A stretch of 64,000 nt of DNA from Eledone cirrhosa (GCA_964016885.1 OZ024761.1:186001-250000), one strand, 5' to 3'. Counted from the stretch's first letter, positions 30,485 to 44,606 are shown. Translations and numbers: made by a program. Notes: generated from the letters alone by a model not told the origin.

Positions 30485-30794
30485 AGTGTACACAAACTGA
30501 CAAATGATATCTAGAGATTTTCTTAAAGTACTATGCCACACCATACCTCCACCCTCCTGCTATCACAGTAACATGTGGTACCATCTCCCCTTCTCTCTGT
30601 TCTCTACCTCACCCCGCTCCCCATTTCTATTACACTCTTCTATCTAATTGCTCAACTTCCGATACAAAGAGACATCAGAATAGGAGATTGATGTAGTATT
30701 GTTCCAGTTTGGTGGAGTGACGGAGTGGTGGAAGATGGTTTACGGAGTGAACTCTGTGTAGAGAGAGGGGGAGTGGAGCTTCTGTTTGTGTGCT

Positions 30795-30819
<25 letters not shown>

Positions 30820-30825
<6 letters not shown>

Positions 30826-31241
30826 AGAGGCGGGTTTGTGTGTGTGTGTGTGTGTAGAGGCGGGTTTGTGTGTGTGTGTGTGTAGAGGTGGGTTTGTGTG
30901 TAGAGGCGGGTGTATGTGTAGAGGCGGGTTTGTGTGTGTATGTGTAGAGGTGGGTTTGTGTGTGTATGTGTAGAGGTGGGTTTGTGTGTGTGTGCGTAGA
31001 GGTGGGTTTGTGTGTAGAGGCGGGTGTGTGTAGAGGCGGGTTTGTGTGTGTGTGCGTAGAGGTGGGTTTGTGTGTAGAGGCGGGTGTGTGTAGAGGCGGG
31101 TTTGTGTGTGTGTGTGTAGAGGTGGGCTTGTGTGTAGAGGCGGGTTTGTGTGTGTGTGTGTAGAGGTGGACTTGTGTGTAGAGGCGGGTTTGTGTGTGTG
31201 TGTGTGTAGGTGGGTTTGTGTGTGTGTGTGTGTAGAGGTGG

Positions 31242-31279
<38 letters not shown>

Positions 31280-31345
31280 GTGGGTTTGTGTGTGTGTAGA
31301 GGAGGTTTTGTGTCTGTGTGTGTGTAGAGGAGGTTTTGTGCATGT
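30820..31345. repeat. GTAGAGG(C/T)GGGTTT(GT)n minisatellite
   Basis: Directly visible variable-length tandem units. Confidence 0.9.
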
Positions 31346-31601
31346 GTGTGTGTGTAGAGAGAGAGGTGTGTTTCTGTTTGTGTGCTTGTATATGTGAATG
31401 TGTGAGTATGTGTGTAATGGTGTGTATAGAGGTGGATGTATAGGTTTATGTGTGAGTGTGTGTTTGTGTTTGTGTATATATATATATATGTATGTGTGTG
31501 TGTATATGTATGTGTGTATATATATGTATATGTGTGTGTCTACGTGTTTGTATGTATATATAGAGAGACTCGCATACACACACACACACACACACATATA
31601 C

Positions 31602-31632
<31 letters not shown>

Positions 31633-31723
31633 TACTCTCACTCGCATACACACAAACAGATATATATATACATGTATATATACATGTATATATACATGTA
31701 TATACACATGTATATATATACAC

Positions 31724-31761
<38 letters not shown>

Positions 31762-32422
31762 ATATACATGTATATACACATGTATATATATATATACACA
31801 TGTATATATATATATGCACGGTAGATAAATAGTTAGGTAAGTGACGCTTACATAGACACAAGAATCAAAATAATTAGCTCTCTGTCTTCTAATATATTTA
31901 CCACACCTGAGGTCACCTATGTAGTTGAAGAGAGAGTGTGGTGGTGGTGGATTGGAGGTGTGGGGTGAGGAGAGAAGGTAGTGGCGGGGATGGGAAGGAA
32001 GAGGGTGTAGTGGTGGGGGTGGGGAGAGGTTTGGGTGGCGATGGAGGTGATGAGGAGGAAGAGGGTGATGGAGAAGAGGGAGGTTGTGTGGGTGAGGAGG
32101 GGGAGGGGATGGTGGTGGAAGTGATGAAGAGATGGTGAGAGTAGGCGGGTTAAGAGTGGTGGTGGTGGTGGAGAGCAAGAAGAATAGAGAGTGGTGGTGA
32201 AGGGGAGGATAGTGGTTGGTGGAGAGGAAGAGAAGGAAAGAGAAAGAGGGATAGCAGTGAGAAGGAGGTGGAGGAGGAGGAGAGAGAGGTAGCGGGGAGG
32301 TTACTTAAAGCAGGTTTCAAGAAGCCATACCTATATTTCTTTTATCAGAATATTTTTCATCGATTTATTTGCAACGATCAATTATCACAGACAACAACAG
32401 AATCAATTGGTGTGTATATATA

Positions 32423-32521
32423 CAGGGTGTCCCCAAAAAATGTATACACACTTTAACATCATCTAGTAATTATTGCCTGTACAGGTAATCAAAGTGTGTA
32501 TACATTTTTGGGGACACCCTG
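32423..32521. mobile_element. 99-bp Tc1/mariner-type MITE
   Basis: About 31-bp TIRs CAGGGTGTCCCCAAAAA(A)TGTATACACACTTT flanked by TA on both sides. Confidence 0.88.
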
Positions 32522-33173
32522 TATAAATATATATATATTTACATATATATATGTGATTGTGTGTGTGATTGTATGTGCGTATGTATGTGTTTGTATGAGA
32601 GTTTGTGTGTACGTGTGTGTGTGAATGTGTTTGTATGTGTCCGTGTGTGTACGTATGTATGTTAGTATGTGTGTACATGTGTGTACGTATGTATGTGGGA
32701 ATGGGAATGTATGTGCATGTGTGTATGTATATGTATGTTTGTATGTGTGTTTATGTGTACGTGTGTTTATGTTTGTATGTGAATATGTGCGTGTATGTAT
32801 ATATATATGTGTGTGTGTTTGTATGTGCGTTTGTGTGTAGCTATGTATATGTAAATGTCTTTGCATGTGTCCCTGTGTGTATGTATATATATGTGTTTGT
32901 GTTTGTATTTGTGTACATGTGTGTATATATGGATGTGGAAATGTGAATGTATGTGCGTATGTGTATGTATATATATATGTTTGTGTTTATGTGTGTAAGT
33001 ATGTATGTTTATGTTTGTGATTGTTTATGTATGTACCTTTGTATATATGTATGTATATCTGTTTGTGTGCGCCGGTATGTATGTATATCTATGTTTATGT
33101 GTGCGTATGTGAGTATATTGCGCGTGTTTGTGTGCATGTGTGCGCATATATATATAGATATATATATACACAT

Positions 33174-33222
<49 letters not shown>

Positions 33223-33582
33223 TATATATTGATACATACACACACGTTTGTGTGCGTGTATGTATATAATGTATGAGTACATGTATGGCTATCTTTTGTG
33301 TATTATGTGTGTAAGCGTGTGTATATATGTATGTACGTGTGTGTGTGTATATGTATGTATGTACGTGTGTGTGTACGTGTGTGTGTATGTATGTATGTGT
33401 GTGTACGTGTGTGTGTATGTATATGTGTGTATGTATGTACGTATGTATGTAGGTACGTGTGTGTATGTAGATGTATGTATGTACGTGTGTATGTATGTGT
33501 ATGTATATACGTGTACACACGTATGTGCGTGTACGTGTGTATGTATGTGTATGTATATACGTGTGTGTATGTATGTGCGTGT

Positions 33583-33618
<36 letters not shown>

Positions 33619-34189
33619 AGCAACAAGGACAACAGACCCAAATCATCTGTTCAATATGGCGACCATATGTATTACACTAATTAGATGATAACGTTTCATC
33701 TTAAAGCTTCTGAAGTGTGTGTGTGTGTGGTGGGGGGGGGTCTATTGTTGTTATTATTATAATTTAGAACAGTAGTGGTGGTAGTGGCGGCGGTGGTGTG
33801 GGTGGTGTTGGTGGTGGCGGCGGTGGTGCAGGCAGTGGTGGCGGCGGTGTTGGCGGTGCTGGTGTGGGTGATGGTGGTGCGGGGGAAGTGGTGGTGTTGT
33901 TGGCGACAGTGGTGGTGGTGGTGGTGTTGGCGACAGCAGTGCTGGTGTTGATGTTGATGGAGGTGGTGGTGGTGGTGGTGGTGGTGGTGGTGGTGGTGGT
34001 GAGGATGGTGGCGAGGGTGGTGTAGTTAGTGGTAATGATGTTGGTGTTAATGGTTGTGGTGTTGGTGGTAAGGATGGTGACGTTGGTTTCGAGGATCGTG
34101 ATGTTGGTGGTAAGCATGGTGGGCTTGGTAGCGAAAGTTGGGGTGTTGGTGGTGTTGGTGTTAATGGTTGTGGTGTTGATGGTAAGAAT

Positions 34190-35270
34190 GGTGGACTTGG
34201 TAGCGAAAGCTGTGGTGTTGGTGGTGAGGGTGGTGGACTTGGTAACGAAAGCTGTGGTGTTGGTGGTGAGGGTGGTGGACTTGGTAGCGAAAGCTGTGGT
34301 GTTGGTGGTGAGGGTGGTGGACTTGGTAGCGAAAGCTGTGGTGTTGGTGGTGAGGGTGGTGGACTTGGTAGCGAAAGCTGTGGTGTTGGTGGTAAGGGTG
34401 GTGGACTTGGTAGCGGAAGCTGTGACGTTGGTGGTGAGGGTGGTGGACTTGGTAGCGAAAGCTGTGGTGTTGGTGGTGAGGGTGGTGGACTTGGTAGCGA
34501 AAGCTGTGCTGTTGGTGGTGAGGGTGGTGGACTTGGTAGCGAAAGCTATGGTGTTGGTGGTGAGGGTGGTGGAGTTGGTAGCGAAAGCTGTGGTGTTGGT
34601 GGTGAGGGTGGTGGACTTGGTAACGAAAGCTATGGTGTTGGCGGTGAGGGTGGTGGACTTGGTAGCGAAAGCTGTGGTGTTGGTGGTGTGGGTGGTGGAC
34701 TTGGTAGCGAAAGCTGTGGTGTTGGTGGTGAGGGTGGTGGACTTGGTAGCGAAAGCTGCGGTGTTGGTGGTGAGGGTGGTGGACTTGGTAACGAAAGCTG
34801 TGGTGTTGGTGGTGAGGGTGGTGGACTTGGTAACGAAAGCTATGGTGTTGGCGCTGAGGGTGGTGGACTTGGTAGCGAAAGCTGTGGTGTTGGTGGTGTG
34901 GGTGGTGGACTTGGTAGCGAAAGCTGTGGTGTTGGTGGTGAGGGTGGTGGACTTGGTAGCGAAAGCTGCGGTGTTGGTGGTGAGGGTGGTGGACTTGGTA
35001 ACGAAAGCTGTGGTGTTGGTGGTGAGGGTGGTGGACTTGGTAGCGAAAGCTATGGTGTTGGTGGTGAGGGTGGTGGACTTGGTAGCGAAAGGTATGGTGT
35101 TGGTGGTGAGGGTGGTGGACTTGGTATCGAAAGCTGTGGTGTTGGTGGTGAGGGTGGTGGACTTGGTAGCAAAAGCTGTGCTGTTGGTGGTGAGGGTGGT
35201 GGACTTGGTAGCGAAAGGTATGGTGTGGGTGGTGAGGGTGCTGGACTTGGTAGCGAAAGCTATGGTGTTG
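34190..35270. repeat. 42-bp G-rich minisatellite, about 25 copies
   Basis: Unit GGTGGTGAGGGTGGTGGACTTGGTAGCGAAAGCTGTGGTGTT; 14-aa period in the ORF track. Confidence 0.95.
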
Positions 35271-35774
35271 GGATGCGGAGAGTGAAGTTGGTGTGGAGTG
35301 TGGTGGTATTAATATAAGTGGTGAGGGCGGTGTGTTGGTGTCAATGGCGTTGCTCTAGATTTCAATGGTGGTGTGGAGGTGTTTGTTTCAATGGCGGTGG
35401 TGGTGCTGGTTTCAATGATAGTGGTGTTGGTATTTATAGCAGTGGTGCTGGTTTCAATGGCGGCGGCGGTCGTGTTGGTTTCAATGGCAGCGGCGGTGGT
35501 GTTGGTTTGAATGGCGGCGGCGCTGGTGTTGGTTTCAATGGCGGTGGCGGTAGTGTTGGTTTCAATGGCGGCGGCGGTTGTGGTGGTTTCAATGGCGGCG
35601 GCGGTTGTGGTGGTTTCAATGGCGGCGGCGGTGGTGGTGGTTTCAATGGCGGCGGTGGTGTTAGTTTCAATGGCGGCGATAGATTATCAGAAATGTTTAG
35701 AACGCACGACAAATCATTCGCTGGCGCATTTATATATTTATACTTATTTCGCGTTACGATATCGAATTTGGTCG

Positions 35775-35811
<37 letters not shown>

Positions 35812-36329
35812 TCTCTCTCTCTCTCTCTCCGTCTCTCTCTCTCTCTGTGTCTCTCTCTTTCTCTCTCTCACTATCTCTCTCTCTCCTTCTCTCTCTCTCA
35901 CTATTTCTTTCTCTCACTATCTCTCTCTCTCTTTCTCTCTCTCACTATCTCTATCTCTCACTATCTCTATCTCTCTATCTTTCTCTCTCATTCTCTATCC
36001 CCCCTCTCTCTCTCTCTCTTTCTCCTCCTCTCTATCTTTCTCCCCCCCCCTCTCTCTCTCTGAGTTCGATAAGCTAAAGTATGTGTCAAGTGCTGGAATA
36101 TCGATTATTCCTCAATCACGTACGTATGCATCCTTGATGTGAATGGAAATATTATTGAAGGAGGGCCATATATATGAAGTCGTTCCTCAAAATATGTTAT
36201 TTTGTGGCTGTTTATAACATTAGGTACAAGACAACAGATTTAAGGGAACGGCTTAGAGCTCAGTGTATGGTGTATATATATATATATATATATATATAAT
36301 CACCTATATAACTCACCCACACACACACA

Positions 36330-37493
36330 CCAAAAAAATTTTTTTCTCCACACGCCAACTACACCCACAACACGCTTAAACCCCCCACACACGTGCTTTC
36401 CACCATATATCTACACCCTCAGCCTCCTGATTCCTCTCCCACCCCCACCCCTCTATCCACACACGCACAGACAGTCCGACCCCCCCCCCCCCATACACAC
36501 ACACACCTCTTCCTGAACATGCAACCCCGTTCTTCCCCCAACCCTTACTTTCACATACACACACACACCACCTTCAGCCCTCCCCGCTCGGACACCCCGT
36601 CTCCCTCTCCCCACTCCACCCGCCACCACCCCTACACACCCCACGCCCTTCCACCACCTGTTTAACCCCCTTTTAATTTCAGTTTAATTTGATCATGCTT
36701 TATTTTTAAATTTATCTCATTCCTTGTATTTTGATCATGCTTTATTTTTATTTTTATCTTTATTTTTTATTTTTTCATTCGCACCGTTTCCTTTCGCTAT
36801 ATGTCTCTCCACCACGCCCCTACACACCCTTTGAACTCTGTTCCCACACACTTCCCACCTGAGGAAGGGCTTATGCCCGAAACGTCGTCCCCCACCAACA
36901 CCCCATTCTCCAGAGCGTGAAATTAATAAACATTTGTTATACTGCCTCTCTGTTTTGTCCCTGTTCAAATTTTTCCATTATATATATATATATATATAGT
37001 GCAAATTTAGACGGGAACAAAACAGAGAGTCAGTCAAATAAATGTTTATCAGGTTCACGCTCTTGAGGGTGGGGGGAAAGAGGGGGCGGGGGTACGACGT
37101 TTCGGGCATAAACCCATCTTTAGGATAAATATGTTAGGAAGAGAGTTCCGAGGGTGTGTGGAAATACATTTAGAAAAAAGGGGGAAGGAGAACAAATAAA
37201 AATAAAAATAAACGTAAAAATAAACATAAGAATAAACAATAAAATGAACAAGTGCTGGAAGGGTGTGAGGCGTGTAAGGCGAGGGTGTGAGGCGTGTGGG
37301 CAAGGGAGGCGGGGGGGGGGGGTCGAAGCGGGGAAGGCTGAAGGTGGTGTTTGTGTATGTGTGTTGGTGTATGTGAGTGTGTGTGTATGTGAGTGTGAGA
37401 GTTGAAGGAAGAACGAGGTTCCATGTTCAGGAAAAGGTGTGCGCGTGAGGTGGGGTGTAAGTCGGTGTGTGCGTGCGTGTAGCAGGAGGTCAT

Positions 37494-37500
<7 letters not shown>
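36330..37500. mobile_element. Two diverged PLE-pLTR-like copies tail-to-tail across (TA)n; hammerheads at 36857-36888 (+, intact) and 37094-37123 (-, degenerate)
   Basis: AC-CTGAGGA-A-GGGC TTAT GCCC-GAAA-CG-TC-GT; the arms are reverse-complementary but diverged. Confidence 0.8.
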
Positions 37501-37576
<76 letters not shown>

Positions 37577-37582
<6 letters not shown>

Positions 37583-37639
37583 CATCAAGTATGAAATTTG
37601 TAGAAATTTGTTTTTTTTCTACAAATTTCATACCTGACG

Positions 37640-37645
<6 letters not shown>
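37577..37645. repeat. About 70-bp hairpin embedded in (TA)n
   Basis: AGGGTCATCAAGTATGAAATTTGTAGAAA / TTTCTACAAATTTCATACCTGACGACCCT. Confidence 0.9.
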
Positions 37646-37709
<64 letters not shown>

Positions 37710-37919
37710 TAATTGTTTCTACTTTTGGCAAAAGGCCAGCAATTTGAGGGGGGGAGGGTAATGTCGACCCCGGTACGTTACTGGTGCTTTATTTTATCGA
37801 CTCCGTAAGGATGAAAATCAAAGCTAACTTCGGCGGGATTGGAACTCAAATAATAATAATAATAATTATTATTTCTACTTTTGGCACAAGGCCACCAATT
37901 ACCCAGTGCATAATAATAG

Positions 37920-38350
37920 TATTCATAAACCACAAAAAAAAAAAAATGCCTTCTAATAGATGTATCAATCCGCCACAGCCGACAATATATCTTCCAAGGA
38001 AATGGAGAAACTCTCCAAATATAAAGATCTAGAGATAGAAATAACTCGAATGTGGAAAATGAAAACTGAAACAATACCTGTAATTATAGGTGCTCCAGGA
38101 ATGATATAAAAGCACGCAGATAAATACATAACCAAAACCACAGGACTTAGAAATATATATAGCATACAAAGGATAGTACTGCTAGGCACTGCACCCATAT
38201 TACGAAAAGTACTATCAATACAATAGAACAAACACCACCAAAAATCATCACACTGCACGTACTCAAGGCGCACAGAGCTGTGCTCGGCAAAGCAGTAATG
38301 CTGCGCAATAAAAGTAATAATGATAATAATGATAATAATAATAATTATAA
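37920..38350 (+). mobile_element. 3' end of an R4/Dong-clade non-LTR element (restriction-like endonuclease), disrupted, with (TAA)n tail
   Basis: CLLIDVSI..KEMEKLSKYKDLEIEITRMWKMKTETIPVIIGAPG..IQRIVLLGTAPILRKVL; TAA repeats on both sides. Confidence 0.8.
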
Positions 38351-38726
38351 CTGTACATTTCTTTTCAGTGGGCACGTACGGTTTACTTTAATACGGTTAC
38401 TATCGATTTTTTCTGCTGGAATCGAATTATTTCAACTGCAATTTGTATTTTTAGAAGTTTATCTTACGGAATATAGAGGTGTTCTTCTTAACGTTTGCGA
38501 CACAAATTAAATTTAAGGCTGGAAATAGCTCTTTCGTGAGCAGCCATTTTCACTTTTCCTTTTCATTGTGCATGTATGTATGTATGTATGTATGTATGTA
38601 TGTATGTATGTATGTATGTATGTATGTATGTATGTATGTATGTGTATGTGTTGATGTGTGTGTGTGTTTCTGCGTGTGTGTATTTTTGCGTTTGTTTGTG
38701 TGTGAGTGTGTGTGTGCTTTTGCGTT

Positions 38727-38763
<37 letters not shown>

Positions 38764-38884
38764 GTTTGTTTGTGTGTGTGTGTATGTGTGTTTGTGTGCA
38801 TGTACGTTTGTAATTATGAGTGTGTGTGTATATATATATGTCTGTATGCATGTGTCCGTGTGTATTTTAATCTGTTTCTCACTC

Positions 38885-38921
<37 letters not shown>

Positions 38922-39589
38922 GCGTGTGCGCATGTAATGTGTGTTTTCCTCTTTTTTTTCTTTTTAATCGTGTTTTTTTTACGTCAAATGAAATTGTGTA
39001 AATATTGATTTCTGATATACATTCAAAGGCCACGAATTCTGGGTATTTGGTGGTGGTGGTGGAGGGAGGGATTTATTTAATCGATTAAATCAATAATAAC
39101 AATAATAGTCATACTAATGATTCTCTAATTTTGACACAAGGCCAGCAATTTGTGAATTGGGCAAAGTTGATTTTATCGATACCCAATACTTTACTTCGTA
39201 CCTTATCAAACCTGGAATGATGAATGTTAAAGTTGTCTTTGCTAGGATATGAACTCGGAACATAAATGGTCAGAAAGAGAGAGAAAGGGAGACGGAGAGA
39301 GAGGGGAGAGAGAGTAGAGACAGATAGATAAAGAGGGCTAGAAGAAAACTGGGTTTTTAGTTTTATAATAAACACCAGGAAGATTATGGTGGGATTTGAA
39401 CTCGGAAAATAAAAGGTAAGAGACAAAGAGATAGAGAGAGGAGGGGACGAAGAATCAACTCCGGTAAGTGTCGCTCCCATAAATGTGTCACCCCAGAGCG
39501 AACCGCGCCCTTGCTCCCCCTCTCTAACAGCTATGCTACTTCACATCTCATTAATTTACCAAATTCAATCGTACCAGCTTGTAACTAGA

Positions 39590-40385
39590 CGCCCTCCGAA
39601 CCATTCCACAGGTCAGACAATATCTAGCCAGAACACCAAACCATTTCACAGGTCAGACAATATTTAGCCAGAGCACCGAACCTTTCCACAGGTCAGACGA
39701 TATCTAGCTAGACCGCTGAACCATTCCACTGGTCAGTCAATATTTAGCCAGACCACCTAAACGTTCCACAGGTCAGTCAATATTTAGCCAGACCACCGAA
39801 CCATTTCACAGGTCAGTCAATAGTTAGCTAGACCGCTGAACCTTTCCACAGGTCAGACAATACCCAGTCAGACCACCGAACCATTCCACAGGTCAGACAA
39901 TATCTAGCTAGAGCACCGAACCATTCTACTGGTCAGACAATATTTAGCCAGGCCACCGAACCATTCCACTAGTCAGTCAATATTTAGCCAGACCACTGAA
40001 CCATTTCACAGGTCAAACAATATCTAGCTAGACCGCCGAACCTTTCCACAGGTCAGACAATAACTAGCTAGACCGCTGAACCATTCCACAGGTCAGTCAA
40101 TATCTAGCCAGACCACTGAACCATTTCACAGCTCAAACAATATCTAACTAGACCGCCGAACCTTTCCACAGGTCAAACAATATCTAGCTAGACCGCTGAA
40201 CCATTCCACAGGTCAGTCAATATCTAGCCAGACCACTGAACCATTTCACAGCTCAAACAATATCTAGCTAGACCGCCGAACCTTTTCACAGGTCAGACAA
40301 TATTTAGCCAGACCACCGAACCATTCCACAGGTCAGTCAATATCTAGCCAAACCATCAAACTTTCCACAGGTCAATCAATATCCA
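39590..40385. repeat. 40-bp tandem minisatellite, about 20 diverged copies
   Basis: Unit GAACCATTCCACAGGTCAGACAATATCTAGCCAGACCACC with no unique spacers. Confidence 0.95.
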
Positions 40386-41890
40386 GTCATCTCGGTCATT
40401 TAATAAGCAAGCTTCACGGGCTGGAATGGCTCTTCCAGCACGTCTCCCTCACCATCTTCCCGAGAAACGCCTTCTCTATCCTGTCCACCGTTTACATGGG
40501 AAAGAATGAGCTGCAGTATAAAGCTTCACAATTGTACTGAGGGTCGATATAATTGACTAGAAAACCCTTAGAGTTGATCTCACTGCATAACTACTAACTA
40601 CGTCAATATCTAAGGAGTCTATAGCTCTAAAAATCTCTTATTCTATACGACTAATAGTTCCAAGGAGTAAGTAACTCTACAGTTTAGCCATTTTGGAAGT
40701 CTGCCATAGCAGCATCAATCAGTCTTAACATCTCTTATTCTATACGACTGATAGTTCCAAACAGACTCTGCAGCAGTAGAAGAATAATTGGTTTAAAGAT
40801 AATTATCGCAGCTCTCGAGTTTGGCACTTGGTTGACCAAGCTACTGTTGTTTATCACGCTCTCACGAAACGATTTCATACAAGTTCATTGTTCGAAAGTG
40901 AATCAAGTTTATGATAACGATCGCATGATCGCATGAATCACAGTTTATCAGATTTCTGCTCTGTCGTCTGCTTCGTATGTTTTACGAGATTAATAAAAGC
41001 ATCCAGTTTGATGTCATTTATTTTCGTTAAAAACACACAGAAATAAAATATCGGCTGAGACAATTGCCGTGGTCATTATCCTTAAGGAATGTTTTTAAAT
41101 TGAGTTACATAACAAATGTTGAATGGATTTGATTCCAGTTAGAAACTTATTATTGCTGCTGTTATTTCGAACTGTAATATCAGCCGACATAATTTGCAAG
41201 CTAACCACCATTTGGGGTTGTCTAATGAAATGAAACTTATTGAATTAGAAGAGCATTCTTTAGAGAAGAAAGCAAACTGTATTCTCTGGGGAAGAACAGT
41301 TACTGAGGGAATGTCATGATTGTGTGATAAAACAGGGGAAATGTCAGTCAGGATTAAAACTTTTGGGGATTCGCTGTTGGCAACGAGGATCAGCAAGAAG
41401 TGAAGCAAGGATCTCTCTCTACCATCTCTTCTCTTCTCTTCTCTCTCTGACTTTTTCTCTTTCTTTCCCTCTCCCTCACTCTCTCTTCTCCCTCCTCTCC
41501 CCTCCCTCTCCTCTCTCTCACCTCTCCCCTCCCCTCCCCTACTCTCCTGTCCCCTCCTTCTCCTCTCCTCTCCCCCCTCTCGTCTCCTCTCCCCCTCTCG
41601 TCTCCTCTCCCCCTCTCCTATCCTCCCCCCTTTCGTCTCCTCTCCTCTTCTCCCCTCCTATCGCCTCTCATCTCGCCTCTCCTCTCACGTCTCATCTCCC
41701 CTCTCCACTCCCTCTCATCTCCCTCTCCCTCCCCTTTCCTCTCCCTCTTCCTCTTCCTCTCCCTCTCCTACTCCTCTCCTCTCCCTCTCCTTTCCTTCTC
41801 CTACTCCTCTCCCTCTCCTACTTCTCTCCCTCTCCTCTCCATATCCCCCCTCCCTTCTCTCTCTCTCTCTCAGACCATCTACCTTTGTCC

Positions 41891-41957
<67 letters not shown>

Positions 41958-42407
41958 CTCTCTCTCTCCCTCTCTCTATTGATGGATGTATTCATGCAAC
42001 ATGGCAGAAGATCGTGAATGGAAAAGAAGTAATTCAGTTCTTCTTTGGCATCTGTCTTGGGATTATATCTATATATATAGTTATGTAATAAACAACATAA
42101 GATAATTATTTCATTTACCAGTGGTTTCTTGGAAGCAAACAAATCTGCTTTCAGTCATCAGAATGAAAAAATCCTGGTGTTTTTATTGAATGCGGATTTT
42201 GAAAACAAAAATATAAGCAATATGAAAGAGAGGCTGAAGGAAGAAGAGAAAAAGATAATAAATATATAAGTATATAAATACATACACACACACACACACA
42301 CACTTATATACATATATGTTTATATGTATATATACGAATAAAGATACATACACATACACATAAATACACAAACACTCATATATATATATACATCGATATA
42401 TATATAT

Positions 42408-42466
<59 letters not shown>

Positions 42467-42960
42467 AATATATATAAAAATTATATAAATAAATATATAA
42501 AAATAAATAAACGATAAATAAACGACCATGTGCAGTCACATCACCATACAAAAACAAAATATATACACAAGAAATCAATAAATAAAAGTCAAGTTTAAAA
42601 AAAATATATATAGAATTAAAAATAAAAAATAAAAAATTACCAAGTTGACAGCGATACGAAAGAGGGAAACACACGTGGTAAGCAAAACCACAAAATAAAT
42701 AAATATATATATATATATATATATATATTGTTATACTTTGGGAGGGTCATGTTGCCAATAAGAAACACACGCACCAGTGTTTCACTCCAATTTATTATGA
42801 ATTAAATTTATAAATTTATAAATTTCCGGTTGGTTCCACAACCGGACGGTTGTTCATATATTGTCAAAGTTCTTTCGTCACGCATTCTGTGACCTCTTCA
42901 GTGAGTGGGGATTCTTTTCTTTGTTTTCTGCCTCTCCTTTGTTCTGTCCTACGCCATCTT

Positions 42961-43044
<84 letters not shown>

Positions 43045-43056
43045 AAGGTTTAGCAA

Positions 43057-43773
43057 ATAAGGAAAAAGTTTCAAAATAAATTTAAAAAAATTGACTTTAC
43101 CTACTATAGTTACCTTTACCGAATCGGTTTCGAATCTCAAAAATAAACGGAGTCCATACGGCCTTCGTTGCAAAGAAAGATTCTCGTCAGAAGGTTGTTT
43201 ACATTCGAAGAATATAAAATTCTCGAACTTAAATTACAAACTGGCGCTATTCAAAATTGTTCCCGAGATGAGAGTAAATGAAGTGGAATCAATTTTTTCA
43301 AGGGCCGAGTAAAGATAGAGGCAGAGGCAGGCAGGTCAGTCGGCTACCGCTATAACTAGCAGCAGTCAGAACGACCAAATTTTTTTCTCAACATAGAGGA
43401 AAATAGTAATAATAGAATATGTGTTCCTACACGCACAAGGCGCTAAGCGACACATGTATTGTCCAACCAAATGCCAATGTGGTTCAATGGCAGGTTAATA
43501 AATTAACGAGCCAGAACATTACTCGGCCCTTGAAAAAATTGATTCCACTTCATTTACTCTCATCTCGGGAACAATTTTGAATAGCGCCAGTTTGTAATTT
43601 AAGTTCGAGAATTTTATATTCTTCGAATGTAAAGAACCTTCTGACGAGGATCTTTCTTTGCAACGAAGGCCGTATGGACTCCGTTTATTTTTGAGATTCG
43701 AAACCGATTCGGTAAAGGTAACTATAGTAGGTAATGTTAATTTTTTTAAATTTATTTTGAAACTTTTTCCTTA
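43057..43773. mobile_element. TA-embedded fold-back element with about 255-bp inverted arms, each carrying an intact hammerhead (43112-43195 minus, 43636-43719 plus)
   Basis: ACCTT-CTGACGA-GGATC..GATTC-GAAA-CCGATTCGG-TA-AAGGT; arms about 43057-43311 / 43519-43773 around an about 205-bp spacer. Confidence 0.9.
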
Positions 43774-43948
43774 TATATATATATATAATTAAAAGGTGGA
43801 AGGGGTATTCAAAGGGTTGGAAATACGACAAATATAAATAAAAAAAATTATAAATGTTTATAACTGAAGTAGAGCACTCAACAATTCCTGGATTAAATAT
43901 GATATTAAATGTTAAATATCTTTGTATATAATTATATATATCTAGACA

Positions 43949-44074
<126 letters not shown>

Positions 44075-44491
44075 CACATATATGGTGGCTGCCAACTCGT
44101 TTTCGAGTACGGCCACTACTTTATATCCATGTAGGAGAACCCCTACCGATGCGCTGAACGAGTGTGAGTTTTTAGTCCAACCAACGACTTGAAAACTCTG
44201 GTACAAACACTACACTTGTGACAATTATTGACACATAGTGCTGGGCCCATGCTACCATGTGACGACAAGTGCAGAGAGATCTCCAGATATAAAGCAATGC
44301 CTTGACGTGAAGCTTTTATAATGAGCAAAGGCAGTGCACAAAGCCAGTCCCACTCTCTTAATCAAAATGATATTTACAAAAAAGAAGAACAAGTCAACAT
44401 CATTGGATACCATCAGGGTTGCAGGTGTTATATCAGAGTTTTCCTTCTCCTTGAATTCTGCCTTATATACACATATATACACACACACAAA

Positions 44492-44524
<33 letters not shown>

Positions 44525-44606
44525 CACATATATACATATATATACATACATACACATACATACATATATATATACATATATATACACACACACACATATA
44601 TCTATA

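Noticed and set aside
39590-40385. CRISPR-like periodicity
   Set aside because: Contiguous tandem units without unique spacers, no cas genes, eukaryotic context.
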